From Octopus vulgaris (Eukaryota), in NCBI GenBank assembly GCA_951406725.2, contig OX597820.1, forward strand, positions 113,646,001 to 113,710,000: a stretch of DNA of 64,000 bases, in the 5' to 3' direction. The stretch's first letter is position 1; each line of letters starts with the position of its first letter. A program made the translations under genes and the position numbers. The notes under the pieces are model-generated. The model searched no databases. It was not told the origin of the DNA and saw only the letters and a list, made by a program, of their open reading frames with translations. Shown piece after piece: positions 1 through 13,353 of the stretch.

Positions 1-162
1 GGGGGAGAGAGAAATGTGTATACTTACACGTATACTTATTTACATTCATACATGCATATATATATATATATATATATAGTTAATCCAAACATGAAAGCAC
101 AAAAAAACACAACAACGCGAGGACGTGGAACAAATATAGTAATTATAGTATTATTATAGTAT

Positions 163-207
<45 letters not shown>

Positions 208-322
208 GTATGTATATATATATATATATATATATATGAGCTTGGTTTCAGTTCATATTCGTTTATTTACCACATTCTACTTCCTTATAAATTGACGTTG
301 AGTACTTTTATAAAATGAATGA

Positions 323-399
<77 letters not shown>

Positions 400-563
400 C
401 GTGCGTGTAAATTCGCGCCATCGCTACAGAGTGTCAGAATCATATACATTTCCTTTAAAGAATCGCATGAACATTCTTCGCTTCTGTAACGACTAAAGCT
501 CGGAGTATCCATGTATGAATGGACGGCTTTCCCTATTCTCCACCATAGACATATCAGTGCAAG

Positions 564-567
<4 letters not shown>

Positions 568-630
<63 letters not shown>

Positions 631-717
631 AACAAAAAGATAGAGCGATACATACATGTGTGAGTGCGTGTCTGTGTGCACTCACGTATACGTAGACTTT
701 TTTCATATGTATATATG

Positions 718-755
<38 letters not shown>

Positions 756-805
756 TACTCACACACAAACACACACGCACGCATACCTATAAATATGTAT
801 GTATA

Positions 806-850
<45 letters not shown>

Positions 851-876
851 ACGTATGTATTGTATATTATATATAA

Positions 877-917
<41 letters not shown>

Positions 918-987
918 CACGTATATATATTATATATATATATATATGTATATATTTACATACACATATATATATGTATGTATATGA

Positions 988-1019
<32 letters not shown>

Positions 1020-1060
1020 ATTTATATATATATATATATGTATATATTTATATATATATG

Positions 1061-1092
<32 letters not shown>

Positions 1093-1096
1093 TATG

Positions 1097-1146
<50 letters not shown>

Positions 1147-1160
1147 GGTATGTATGTATA
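568..1160. repeat. Compound (TA)n/(TATG)n/(GATA)n/(TG)n microsatellite block
   Basis: Directly visible simple repeats; source of the YIYI ORFs. Confidence 0.95.
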
Positions 1161-1836
1161 TAAATATGCATAGGCGCAAACACACTGACAGACAGTAATC
1201 TGTTGTGAATTGTTGAAGGGTGTGTGTTTATAGGGTAGCAGATGATGCAGGTACGACATAAATAGTTTTCTAGGTAGAAGGTCGTCCTGTACCCTTGAAA
1301 TGCACACGTTATAGCATGCATACCTTGCCTGACAAGGTAATGTTGACTAGGGTAACCATTCCAATGCTTTAACACATCTTCCACCATACCACCGTCGCAT
1401 ACACATCAACTATATGTATATATACATGTACACACCCTTAACATCTAAAGCCGAGCCCCGATGCACAAGCATCTAACTTTAGCGTGTACAGTTTCTCCTG
1501 TTCCGTCTCAGTTTACTTTCTGGGTAAAAATACACAGGCACTTAAACCTATGAATTCATATATACACAAGTGTGGGTGCGGTGGGGTGCGTGGGGGTGTG
1601 TGTATCATCGTGTTCGCTTTGTTTGTCTTTTGTAAGTATTCTCTGCATCTGGCTTCGTATGTCATTGGTGCTTAATAATGGTTCTAAGCCTATATACATT
1701 AACCAGTTGAACTGTCTACCTGATTTTACTACTGTTTATATACATACTTATACACGTATATACAACTTATATATATATATATATATATATACTTATATAT
1801 ATATATATACAACTTCTATATATATATATATACAAC

Positions 1837-1982
<146 letters not shown>

Positions 1983-3112
1983 GTGCAAACAAAAAAAATT
2001 CTAAAAATATACTACCAGCTGTATATATTTATATATATATAATGTTCATTTCGTTGCGTTTATATTTATACATACATACTTACATACATACATGCATACA
2101 TACATACATACATACATACATACATACATACATACATACATACATACATACATACATACATACATACATACATACATACATACATACATACATACATACA
2201 TGCATGCATACATACATACGGGCGTGTGCGTGTGTCTGTATATGTGTATATCAGTATGTATGTGTATTTGAAAACATGCCCATCATATGCCCGTTTCTAT
2301 TCATGCCTGTATGATCTTAGGTCGTTGATGTTGATCATCCTCTCATGCCCAACCCACAACACTATGTCCGATTTGCAGTCGAGTTACTTGCTTTTACTCT
2401 ATTTCCCTTCAGTCCTGATAACCCTGGCTTTTTGCCCGACTGTTCTGTCAAGTGTGTAGCTGAATGAAGCCCACAACTCGCGTTTGTTATAACGACGGCG
2501 CTGTTCCAATGAAACCATCCTCGGAAAGTTATCAACTTCCTATTTTAAATCTGATCTTTTTATTTGACGAATCAACATAACTACAGTTTGGTATCTCACC
2601 ACCAATTTTGTTTTTTCATAACTTTCTGAAAAGTACTTCTTTTTTTTTTTTTTTTTTTTTGAAATGAAATTTAGCAAAGATACATTCTTCGAAGGTCTAG
2701 ATTACGATTAACGTTGGTAAAATGTAATTTTCTTTCAAGGAATTTCGGATCATTCTCCGCCACCGTAGATTATTTTTTTTATTCCCTCATAATTCTCTTT
2801 TTCAGAAATATGCCTTCAACAGTATACATTACAATCATATTAACAATTTTTTTTCCAGGATGTTTCGGATCGTTTTCCTTTGCTCTAGAGAATTTCCCAT
2901 CATAACCCTCTTTAATATTCTACGGAAAAGTTTTGGCGGATGTAGATACTGAGATTTCAAACATATAAATTTGGGTTAAAAAATGGTAAAACCGCAGAAG
3001 TCACTGGAATTGGTGGCAACAAAGTCAATGGTTTAGAGAATGAACCGAAAGTTATGAAAAAGATTTTTTCTTTTGATTTTCTATTCTAAATTTTGTCAAT
3101 ATATGGTTCAGA

Positions 3113-3506
3113 CGTGGCGTTTGGTAAGAAGCTTGCTTCCCAACCACATAGTTCTGGGTTCAGTCCCCCAGTCTGGCACCTTGGACAAATGTCTTCTACT
3201 ATAGTCTCGGACCGACCAAAACCTTGTGAGTGGCTTTGGTAGACGGAAATTGAAAGAAGCCCGTTGTATATGTGTGTGTGTGTGTGCGCGCGCGCCTGTG
3301 TGTCTGTGTTTGTCCCCGCTACCCCTTGACAACAGTGTTGGTGTGCTTACGTCCCGATAACGTGGTGGCTCGACAAAATATATCGATAGAATAAGTACCA
3401 GACTTAGAAAATAAAGTAGTAGGGTCGATTCATTCGCCTAAAATTTCTTCAAGGCGGTGCTGCAGCATGACCGCGGTTTAATGACTGAAATAAGTAAAAG
3501 ATAAAA
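3113..3506 (+). mobile_element. SINE family B, diverged copy
   Basis: tRNA-like head (tggtaagaagcttgc...gggttcagtccc), ccttggacaaat core, tail gcagcatgaccgcgg...tgaaataagtaaaaga; collinear with 47175-47580. Confidence 0.8.
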
Positions 3507-3531
3507 ATATATTCGTATATATAATATAGAC

Positions 3532-3670
<139 letters not shown>

Positions 3671-4021
3671 TGTAATTTACTCCCTGGTAAACGTATCTCT
3701 GCAAAGTATCGTTAGAAATCAAACATTCTTAAGAAAGTAATAAAGCAACAAATTCGGCGGGAACTCTAATTCATAGATAGACCCCTGAATCTTACTCGTC
3801 TATAGAAAACAACGCTATTATCTCTCTTTGCAAAGCCAAGCTAATTAATGATTGATGTATCCGTGTTGAATGTAGCTCTCTGGTTTGTCCTCTTCGTCAT
3901 AAAATGTTCGACTAAATCTAAATTGCCCCTTACTACGTCTCATTCTCCTTTCTGACCCTCCTTTCAAAAAATATTACACCCTTTCTTTCTCTTCCTCTTT
4001 ATACCAGTTTCTCTCTTTATG

Positions 4022-4079
<58 letters not shown>

Positions 4080-4206
4080 ACACACACACACACACTCATT
4101 TTCTATCATACTTCATTCTCTTACGCCTCCTCTCATACTGACTGTCTTTTGCTGTCGCTCCCAGATGCTTACTTCACTTTCCCAATGCTTATACCCTCTC
4201 TCATAA

Positions 4207-4422
4207 GGCGGCGAGCTGACAGAAACGTTAGCACGCCGGGCGAAATGCGTAGCCGTATTTCGTCTGCCGTAACGTTCTGAGTTCAAATTTCGCCTTGTCG
4301 GCTTTGCCTTTCATCCTTTCGGGGTCGATAAATAAAATACCAGTTACGCACTGGGGTCGATATAATCGACTTAATCCGTTTGTCCCCTCTGTGTTTAGCC
4401 CCTTGTGAGTAGTAAAGAAATA
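4207..4422 (+). mobile_element. SINE family A (tRNA-derived, Deu/Nin-like central domain)
   Basis: ggcggcgagctg head, B-box-like gagttcaaatt, gcctttcatcctttcggggtcgataaa domain, tail gtaaagaaata. Confidence 0.85.
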
Positions 4423-4486
4423 TATATCCTCTCTCTCTCTCTCTCTCTTCCTCTCTCTCTCTCTTTCACTCTCTTTCTCTCTTTCA

Positions 4487-4522
<36 letters not shown>

Positions 4523-5018
4523 TTATCTCCCGACTCTAATGTCTACTCAAAGATCCACCTACCTGTGCAGAACGCACTACAGGAAACCCAATTCTCCGAA
4601 CACCTACCCTGTCCCCTACCTGTTATAAATATGTCTCAACACCCACATAGATACCTCAGTTATCCCCCCCAGTTTACAAAATCAACTCTAAGACTGAAGG
4701 GTAAGCTGAAAAACGTTTTATTTCCACTTGCCTTTACCTGTTTGGTGTTTACATGCATATATACATATAAATATATATACATGTATATGTATATATATAT
4801 ATATCTATATCTATATCTGTAAAATAATATGTGACAATTATTCAGTAGCCAAGATAAAACTCGGATGCCGAGGTGGAAATCTTTGTCACATATGAATAAT
4901 TGTCAACAATTTATTTTCCAGATAAATTCCTCTATTTACATAATATTGAGGTCTCTTTCTTTCTTTTGTTATCTTACCGTTTTTACCAATATACATATAT
5001 ATATATATATATATTACA

Positions 5019-5086
<68 letters not shown>

Positions 5087-5090
5087 CTCT

Positions 5091-5285
5091 ATTGAAAAAC
5101 AGCAAAAATATATCATAAAAGATATTACTCAGAGTTTCACGTTCCTGTTCGTCGGAACGTGAAGCTCTGAGTAACAGTTTTTGTGATATATATTTTTGGT
5201 GCTTTTCAATAAAGCATATTACTCTACCTCTGGTATTCGAGTACTATTTTTTCCAACTTGTTTCCCATTTATGTGCTTACTCCGG
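5091..5285. mobile_element. Collapsed fold-back of hammerhead-bearing PLE-like terminal repeats
   Basis: ttactcagagtttcacgttcc (5125-5145) / ggaacgtgaagctctgagtaa (5154-5174) inverted; tail 5211-5285 matches 49501-49572; (TA)n on both sides. Confidence 0.7.
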
Positions 5286-5478
5286 TATATATATATATAT
5301 ATATATATATATCAATAAATATACTTTATATATGTGTTTCTATACATGTATGCATATATGTGTATGTGCATTATGTATATATATATGTCTATTTATATGC
5401 GTATATATATATATAAACACATAGAGATATGCATGCATACACATCACGTGCACACACAGATTGGGATTATTATCATTA

Positions 5479-5516
<38 letters not shown>

Positions 5517-5763
5517 CAACAACAACAATAATAATAATAACAACAACAACAATAATAATAATAACAACAACAACAACAATAACAACAATAACAACAACAA
5601 CAACAACAACAACAACAATAACAACAACAACAACAATAACAACAGCAACAACAACAACAATAATAATAATAATAATAATAACAACAACAACAATAATAAT
5701 AATAGTAATAATAATAACAACAACAACAACAATAGTAATAGTAATAATAATAACAACAACAAC

Positions 5764-5798
<35 letters not shown>

Positions 5799-6252
5799 CA
5801 ATAATAATAGTAATAATAATAACAACAACAACAATAATAATAATAGTAATAATAATAATAACAACAACAACAACAATAATAATAGTGATAGTAATAATAA
5901 TAACAACAACAATAATAATAATAGTAATAATAACAACAATAATAATAGTAATAATAATAATAATAATAGATAATAATAATAACAACAACAACAATAGTAT
6001 AGTAATAATAATAACAACAACAACAATAATAATAATAGTAATAATAATAACAACAACAATAATAATAATAGTAATAATAACAATAACAACAACAACAACA
6101 ATAATAATAATAGTAATAATAACAATAACAACAACAACAATAATAATAATAGTAATAATAATAACAACAACAATAATAATAATAGTAATAATAACAACAA
6201 TGATAATAATAATAATAATAATGATAACAGTGATTATGATGATGATGATGAT
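5479..6252. repeat. Long (AAT/AAC/AGT)n trinucleotide repeat
   Basis: Directly visible; explains the poly-N and poly-L ORFs. Confidence 0.97.
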
Positions 6253-6342
6253 GAGACTAACTTACGGACATGCATTCATGCACACGTGTCCACGTGTGTG
6301 TGCTTGAGACGCTAGTGTATGTATGAATAATATATATATATG

Positions 6343-6395
<53 letters not shown>

Positions 6396-6473
6396 ACATA
6401 ATATTATATGTAATATTCTTTGATTCTTTTACTTGTTTCAGTCATTTGACTGCGGCCATGCTGGAGCACCGCC

Positions 6474-6515
<42 letters not shown>

Positions 6516-6589
6516 GCATGCATACATACACACACACACACACATACATGCATATATATATATATACACGTGTGTGTGTGTATATATAT

Positions 6590-6685
<96 letters not shown>

Positions 6686-6955
6686 GTACGTATGTACATG
6701 GATCACATTTCTATCCTCGTATATATGGGTAGTATGCGGATGTATGGCTATGCAAATTTATATATAGATATATATAAATATTTACATATTTCATACATTA
6801 AGATAAGCAAACAGAAACTATATCATCACATTCCCTGATAATGATAAATATTATTGCACGTATGTGTAAACATCAATACACCCATACCCACTCATTCTCA
6901 TAGACGTACACAATCATCCTTTTAAACATTTCTACGCATACATACATACATAAAT

Positions 6956-6993
<38 letters not shown>

Positions 6994-7651
6994 GAATTAG
7001 ATTACAATAGAAGAGTCACCTTTTCCTTTAATGCTTATCAGAACCATAACTGTTGTGAGGCGACGGAGGCGTGTGTTAGTGTTGTTGCTCACCGAAAGGT
7101 TAAGCCAGTTCCAGACGTCTCAGAGAGTTGCAGACAGATAAATATCTTAATATCTTTTGCATTCCTCCCAAACATATCTGAAGATATGGATATATATCAA
7201 CGAATTTTACGAATATACATAATGCAAGGAAAATAGTTATAAATGAGCCAATAACGTTGGGTGCAAATGAGAAGTGAGCCTTGAAAATGAGAAGGAAGTG
7301 TCTGAAAAGGTTATCTGAGTCAACCTCAATGGTTTTTTATTGTAGTTTCGTTAAAAGAAATTTTTAGTAACAGTTTCGCGTAGCTGTGTGTTAAAGAGTT
7401 TGCTTCCCAACCATATGGTTCCGGGTTCAACCCCCAACACATGGCATCCTTCACAAATGCCTTCTGCTATAACCCCGCGCCGACCAAAGCTTTTGGTGTG
7501 GATTTGATCGACGGAACCGAAAGAAGCCGTCATATATATATATATATGCCTGTTTTGGTATCCCACCATCACTTTCCATCCGGTGTTGGTTTGTTCACGC
7601 CTCGAAGCAAGGTGAATAAAATCAAAATAAGCAACAGGATATCAAGTAGTG

Positions 7652-7739
7652 ATGCAGTACGACCGTTTCAAGCGAATCCATTTAACTGAACAACGCAATC
7701 AATACATCAATTTAAATGGCGTGCCATCATCAGCTGCAC
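7652..7739 (-). ncRNA. Type I hammerhead ribozyme motif
   Basis: Reverse strand: gugcag CUGAUGA [long stem II] GAAA cggucg UA cugcau; stem I is 6 bp with one G-U pair. Confidence 0.75.
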
Positions 7740-7906
7740 AAATAAGTAAATAGAATTTTAACCAGTTGGACACACTAATATAATTTTTCTCAAATACTTT
7801 AAGAGAGCAAGAAGATGGAAGAAATTCATGTTGTCGCTATTGTAGCTAAGAATAGACTACAATCGCATGAATATGTCCAACTGATTTAAATTCTATTTAT
7901 TTATTT

Positions 7907-7994
7907 ATGCAGCTGATGATGGCACGCCATTTAAATTGATGTATTGATTGCGTTGTTCAGTTAAATGGATTCGCTTGAAACGGTCGTACTGCAT
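7907..7994 (+). ncRNA. Type I hammerhead ribozyme motif
   Basis: augcag CUGAUGA(7913-7919) ...ccauuu/aaaugg stem II... GAAA(7977-7980) cggucg UA cugcau; perfect 6-bp stem I; predicted GUA cleavage after 7988. Confidence 0.8.
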
Positions 7995-8045
7995 CACTAC
8001 TTGATATCCTGTTGCTTATTTTGATTTTATTCACCTTGCTTATAT

Positions 8046-8099
<54 letters not shown>

Positions 8100-8306
8100 C
8101 ATATGGTATTAAGAACTTCGTCTGTTTTGAAATTTATTCATAAAACCGGTGTTGGTTTGTTTATTTCCCGGTCTATTAACTCCTGCGTCGATTTACTAGA
8201 CTAAATACTTCAAAACAGTGTCCCAGCATGGCCGCAGTCAATGACTGAAACAAGTTAGAGAAAAGAAGATACAAACATACATACATACATGTATTATGTA
8301 GATGTA

Positions 8307-8368
<62 letters not shown>

Positions 8369-8559
8369 TGTGTGTGCACGCATTGTGTATGGATGAAAAT
8401 TATACATGTATAAGACAAATTAAGATAATGGCATGCGTTCTGCAATAATGTTTATCCATTGAAAGTATAATTATATATAATCTGGTTAGCCATCTATAAT
8501 GCTGTAAAACGCTATGAACAAACGTAAACACATTCGCACGCAATCACTCACATACATGG

Positions 8560-9170
8560 GCCACAATGTGAATTTCCATACATATTGTATTGAGGCAAAA
8601 GTTTTGCAATATTTTCGTATCTTATTTGTTTTATTCGAGTATCAACAAAAGCAACCTAGCATTCAAAGTAAAGACCACCGTGTGGCACTGTCTGAAGCCA
8701 ACTTTCTGCCAATTCTTTGGCCCTCCACTGACGGCCAGTTTTTGTCCTCCAAGGTGAAGATCTTCACTGAAGCTTCCACCTTATCTTGGTTGATGAAGTG
8801 TTGCGAGTGCAGGAAGTGAACCATGGATCGAAACAAGTAACAATCCAACGGAGATGTTTTTCCGCGACCCTAACGTGCATCGGTCAAGCCAGCTTCCGGA
8901 ATCTGTCGTCAAACAAGGCCGTTTCGAACACAGGATGATGCTCTGCATCTGGTGAAATTATGAGGAGATAACTCACTACGAGTTTACTCAGACGTTCGAA
9001 CCATCGATGCCAACCTGTACTCCGAACTTGGGAGTGGGGGGGGAATGCATATTATTGTGCGGCAAAAATACGCGGCATTCGTTAACAGAAAGCGAGCTCT
9101 TATGCAGGAAAACAACGCAAGAATTAATACCGCTCGAACGAGCAGAAATAAACTCGAGAAACTTGAAGGA
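8560..9170 (+). mobile_element. Decayed mariner transposase remnant
   Basis: + strand fragments KQGRFEHRMMLCIW*NYEEITHYEF and YAAFVNRKRALMQENNAR resemble the mariner catalytic-domain motifs K.MLCVWW and LLQDNARPH. Confidence 0.7.
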
Positions 9171-9199
9171 TATATATATATATAAGACGTTTCATTTAA

Positions 9200-9410
9200 A
9201 ATTGCTCCAGTCAACTCAGCTGGCAAAAATGAGTTGCACTGCATTTGAAAGGGGCCAGCCTTGTCTTGTTCTGTGTCACACTGAATATCTCTGAGCGCAA
9301 CGTTAAGGGTCCGCGTGTCTAAGGAGTGGTCAGCCACTTGTACATAAATTTCATGAGCAGGCTCTATTGTTGATTGGATTAACTGGAACACTCGTCGTTG
9401 TAACCAGGTT
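9200..9410 (+). mobile_element. Decayed SINE family C1 body
   Basis: Similar to 31430-31610 (gccagccttgtc...tgtgtcacactgaat...cagccacttgtaca...gagcaggct). Confidence 0.7.
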
Positions 9411-9583
9411 AAATACCATAAAACGTAAATTCTTGATTTATTGAAACCGTCTCCGCCTCTCGATGGTGCATTATTATGACCGAATGGCAACTAAAACCAG
9501 CTCCTCTTGAGAAGGGAAGATAATCTCAAAATTCAAAATTTTTTCCACAACTGATATGCCATTAAGGAAAACAACAGGCTTAC

Positions 9584-9638
<55 letters not shown>

Positions 9639-9692
9639 GATAGATAGATGTAGATAGATAGATAGAATAGATAGATAGATAGATAGATATAT

Positions 9693-10030
9693 ATGTTTCT
9701 TTATTAGCCACACAGGGCTGCACATAGACGGGACAGATTACAAAGTAGAGCTTTTCTTTTTGTGGGGAGAGAAAAAAAAGTGGGGTAGGTTTTCGATCAA
9801 AAGCGATCGTAAAAGGGAAAATAGAAAAGAAATGGAAAAGAAAAAAAAACGATCAATAGTGATCGTGTATCACAGTGTCATGATGTAAAGTGTAAAGGGG
9901 GAAGCAGATAAGATTTATCCGTGGAAAGAAAAGCCTACGGAAAAGACCACGGTAACCTCGGTCAATAACGTTACATGTTACCACATTTGCAAGTAGGTAA
10001 CCCTCTGTTTTAAATTTTCTGGGTTCATAG
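9693..10030 (-). mobile_element. Non-coding 3' end of an unidentified retroelement (probable LINE 3' UTR)
   Basis: Reverse strand ends tgtcccgtctatgtgcagccctgtgtggctaataaagaaac, resembling the SINE A tail; embedded in (GATA)n. Confidence 0.55.
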
Positions 10031-10036
10031 GATTAT

Positions 10037-10098
<62 letters not shown>

Positions 10099-10099
10099 G

Positions 10100-10158
<59 letters not shown>

Positions 10159-10636
10159 GGATAGATGGATAGATAGATAGATGGATAGATAGATAGATAG
10201 ATAGATAGATGGATAGATAGATAGAATTATATGCATATATCTAGATGGCATGTGGTTCAATTAAATACAAACACGTGTTACTCATAGTCACAAATGCGCA
10301 CACTTACACAAACACACATACACTCACACTCACGTATACGCGCGCACACCCACACACACACACGCACACACGCACACACACACAAACATATACAACCTTG
10401 TCCTTTGCTGCAATATTTTTATAACTTTATCCAAGCACTTGTTATGGAACTTGTGTTGTTATGACAGGGGCTGCTGTTCTCAGACCCAATCACGACACGC
10501 ATTTTCAATGCTAAATACAATTTTCCAACATTAAAACCGACTGCTTAGGTTTCCATGGAAACCGCTCAAACTTGTCAGATGCTGATACATAAGGATAAAC
10601 TCTCGAGTATGTGCAAATCTGCATCTGTTTCAATGT

Positions 10637-11010
<374 letters not shown>

Positions 11011-11134
11011 TGAATCAAATAGTATGTGTTACGTTCGGTATCGGCGCTATTTGCATGAGAGCGATTTTATTTTTGCATATACATACACATACATAGACGT
11101 TTGTGTACGTGCAAATATGTATATACACACACAC

Positions 11135-11175
<41 letters not shown>

Positions 11176-11609
11176 AACGCACGCACATAGATACACGCGC
11201 ACACATGCTTATCCAGTTGGGCCCATTCATCCCTTACCTCTCTGTCTCCCTCCCTCTTTCCATCTTACTTTTTCGTCCCCTTTCTGTATACACACGCACT
11301 CTCACACACACACACAGACACACATGTATATAAAAATTCATGCGTATATGTGTGTGCAAATGTATATACATGTGTATCTATGCTTGTATGTATGCATGTA
11401 TGTGTACTACTCTTCATGGCAGAAACGATATTGCTATGTCGTATCATATATCATTTATCATAACTCATTAATTCTATTTTTAAACACATCACTACATTGT
11501 ATCTTACAGCCTGTTGTACTATGTATGTTGTTATATATGTATGTATGTATGTATGTATATATTTATGTATGTATGTATGTATGTATGTATGTATGTATGT
11601 ATGTATGTA

Positions 11610-11665
<56 letters not shown>

Positions 11666-12542
11666 GTGTGTGTGTAGATTATCTCCTCCCTGAGCTCTCT
11701 TCGAAACACTCCTTTCCATCATCGAAATCATATCCTCCCTCCAGGCTCTGGCAGCATTTGGATTGTACCATCATCCAGCAATGATAAAAAAAACAAGGTC
11801 CTCATTACAAAAACAGCCTCCCCTGGTGTTGACTGTTGGATAGACCTCCATTTAGTCATCATGTGCATGAAAATTACTATTTGGGAAAAACCAAGAAGCC
11901 AAAATACATTACCATCTCGAAGAAAATATGAAAATTCAAATCAAGGCTTAAAAACCCCTTGTTCAAAACTTCAAGCACCAATGTCAAAGCAAAATTCAGA
12001 GAAACACAGAACAACTTGTGGCTGCTTCAAAGTTATGCAGATACCCATTATATCAGAAACTTCTTGGTTAGAAAGGAACAAATATTTGAGACAGTACGAA
12101 CATCAATCTTTTGATAGCGGACATCACAAACATCTTAACGAATCCTCAAGATATAATCGAACGCTGGATGTAAATTTTTCTAAGTGTTGAATCTGTATTT
12201 AATAACAGCAGAATATTTCTTAAGTTCTACACCGTCCTGAAAAAAATTATGGAGGAAAGTACCGCCAGCATTTCGAGAATCTGAAAATTCCATGAACAGA
12301 ATGAAACCACGAAAATTCCCACGTCCAGACAACAAAATCGTGAATTACACAAACATAGGATACGATCGCTCAAAGCCAAGCTTTTTATTTCGATGCTGAA
12401 TATATGGGATGGCCGCCGAGTTCTAAAAACAAATTTTAAAATATTATCATCATCTTCAATAAAAGAGATGATAAAATCTTGTGAGATTCATCGTCATTAG
12501 GATATTCAAAAGCTGTAGCGTGGAAAAATGGATGTTTCACAT

Positions 12543-12598
<56 letters not shown>

Positions 12599-12689
12599 GT
12601 ATGTATATATATATAACTTACTTGGAAAAGAATGCATGGCGTTCGATCATATAATAATATAAATAATATATAAATATATGCATATATAT

Positions 12690-12925
12690 ATATATATACA
12701 CATATATGTACATACCTACATATATATGTATATATACATGCATATATAGGTACAGGACATCAAAAAAACGTTGAACACAATGAGAAACGAAAACATAAAA
12801 ACAAAAACAAAACATGGAAACGAACTTTTTTTCAAACAACGAAAAAACAGAGAAACAAGACATACAACACAAGGAATATTCCCCTTCTTCAGTTGTCCCT
12901 GTTTCGTCTACTCCGCGTTTTGAAT
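12690..12925 (-). mobile_element. Interspersed repeat, second copy at 51068-51330
   Basis: Reverse complement matches aaacagggacaactgaagaaggggaatattccttgtgttgtatgtcttg... at 51090 onward; both copies lie in (TA)n. Confidence 0.85.
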
Positions 12926-12957
12926 AAATATATATATATATATTGTTTTATTTTCTT

Positions 12958-13151
12958 ATTCTTTTACTTGTTTTAGTCATTTTACTGCGGCCATGCTGGG
13001 GCACCGCCTTAAGGGTCTTAGACTAGTACTTGTATCGGTCTCTTTGGCCAAACTGCTGAGTTACGTGGATGTAAACACGGCAACATTGGTTGTCAAGCGA
13101 TGGTGGTGGGAAAAAACATAGACAAAAAGACGCGCACACACACACACACAC

Positions 13152-13192
<41 letters not shown>

Positions 13193-13353
13193 CACGACGG
13201 GCTTCTTTCAGTTTCCGTCTACTAAAACCATTGACAAGGCTTTAGTCGGCCCGAGGGTATAATAGAAAACACTGGGAAAAGGTACCACGCAGTAGGACTG
13301 AACCCGGAAATGGTTGGGAAAAGAGCTTCTTACCACACAACTACGCCTGCGCC
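12958..13353 (-). mobile_element. SINE family B
   Basis: Collinear with 44768-45188. Confidence 0.85.

Larger units (their letters stand above)
7605..8041. mobile_element. Fold-back element with 168-bp inverted arms, each carrying a hammerhead motif
   Basis: Arms 7605-7772 and 7874-8041; outer 134 bp identical, 4 mismatches in the inner part; 101-bp spacer; interrupts a decayed SINE B (7378-7604, resuming near 8146). Confidence 0.9.

Noticed and set aside
5340-6307. Poly-L, poly-N and poly-I ORFs
   Set aside because: (AAT/AAC)n repeat open in several frames on both strands.
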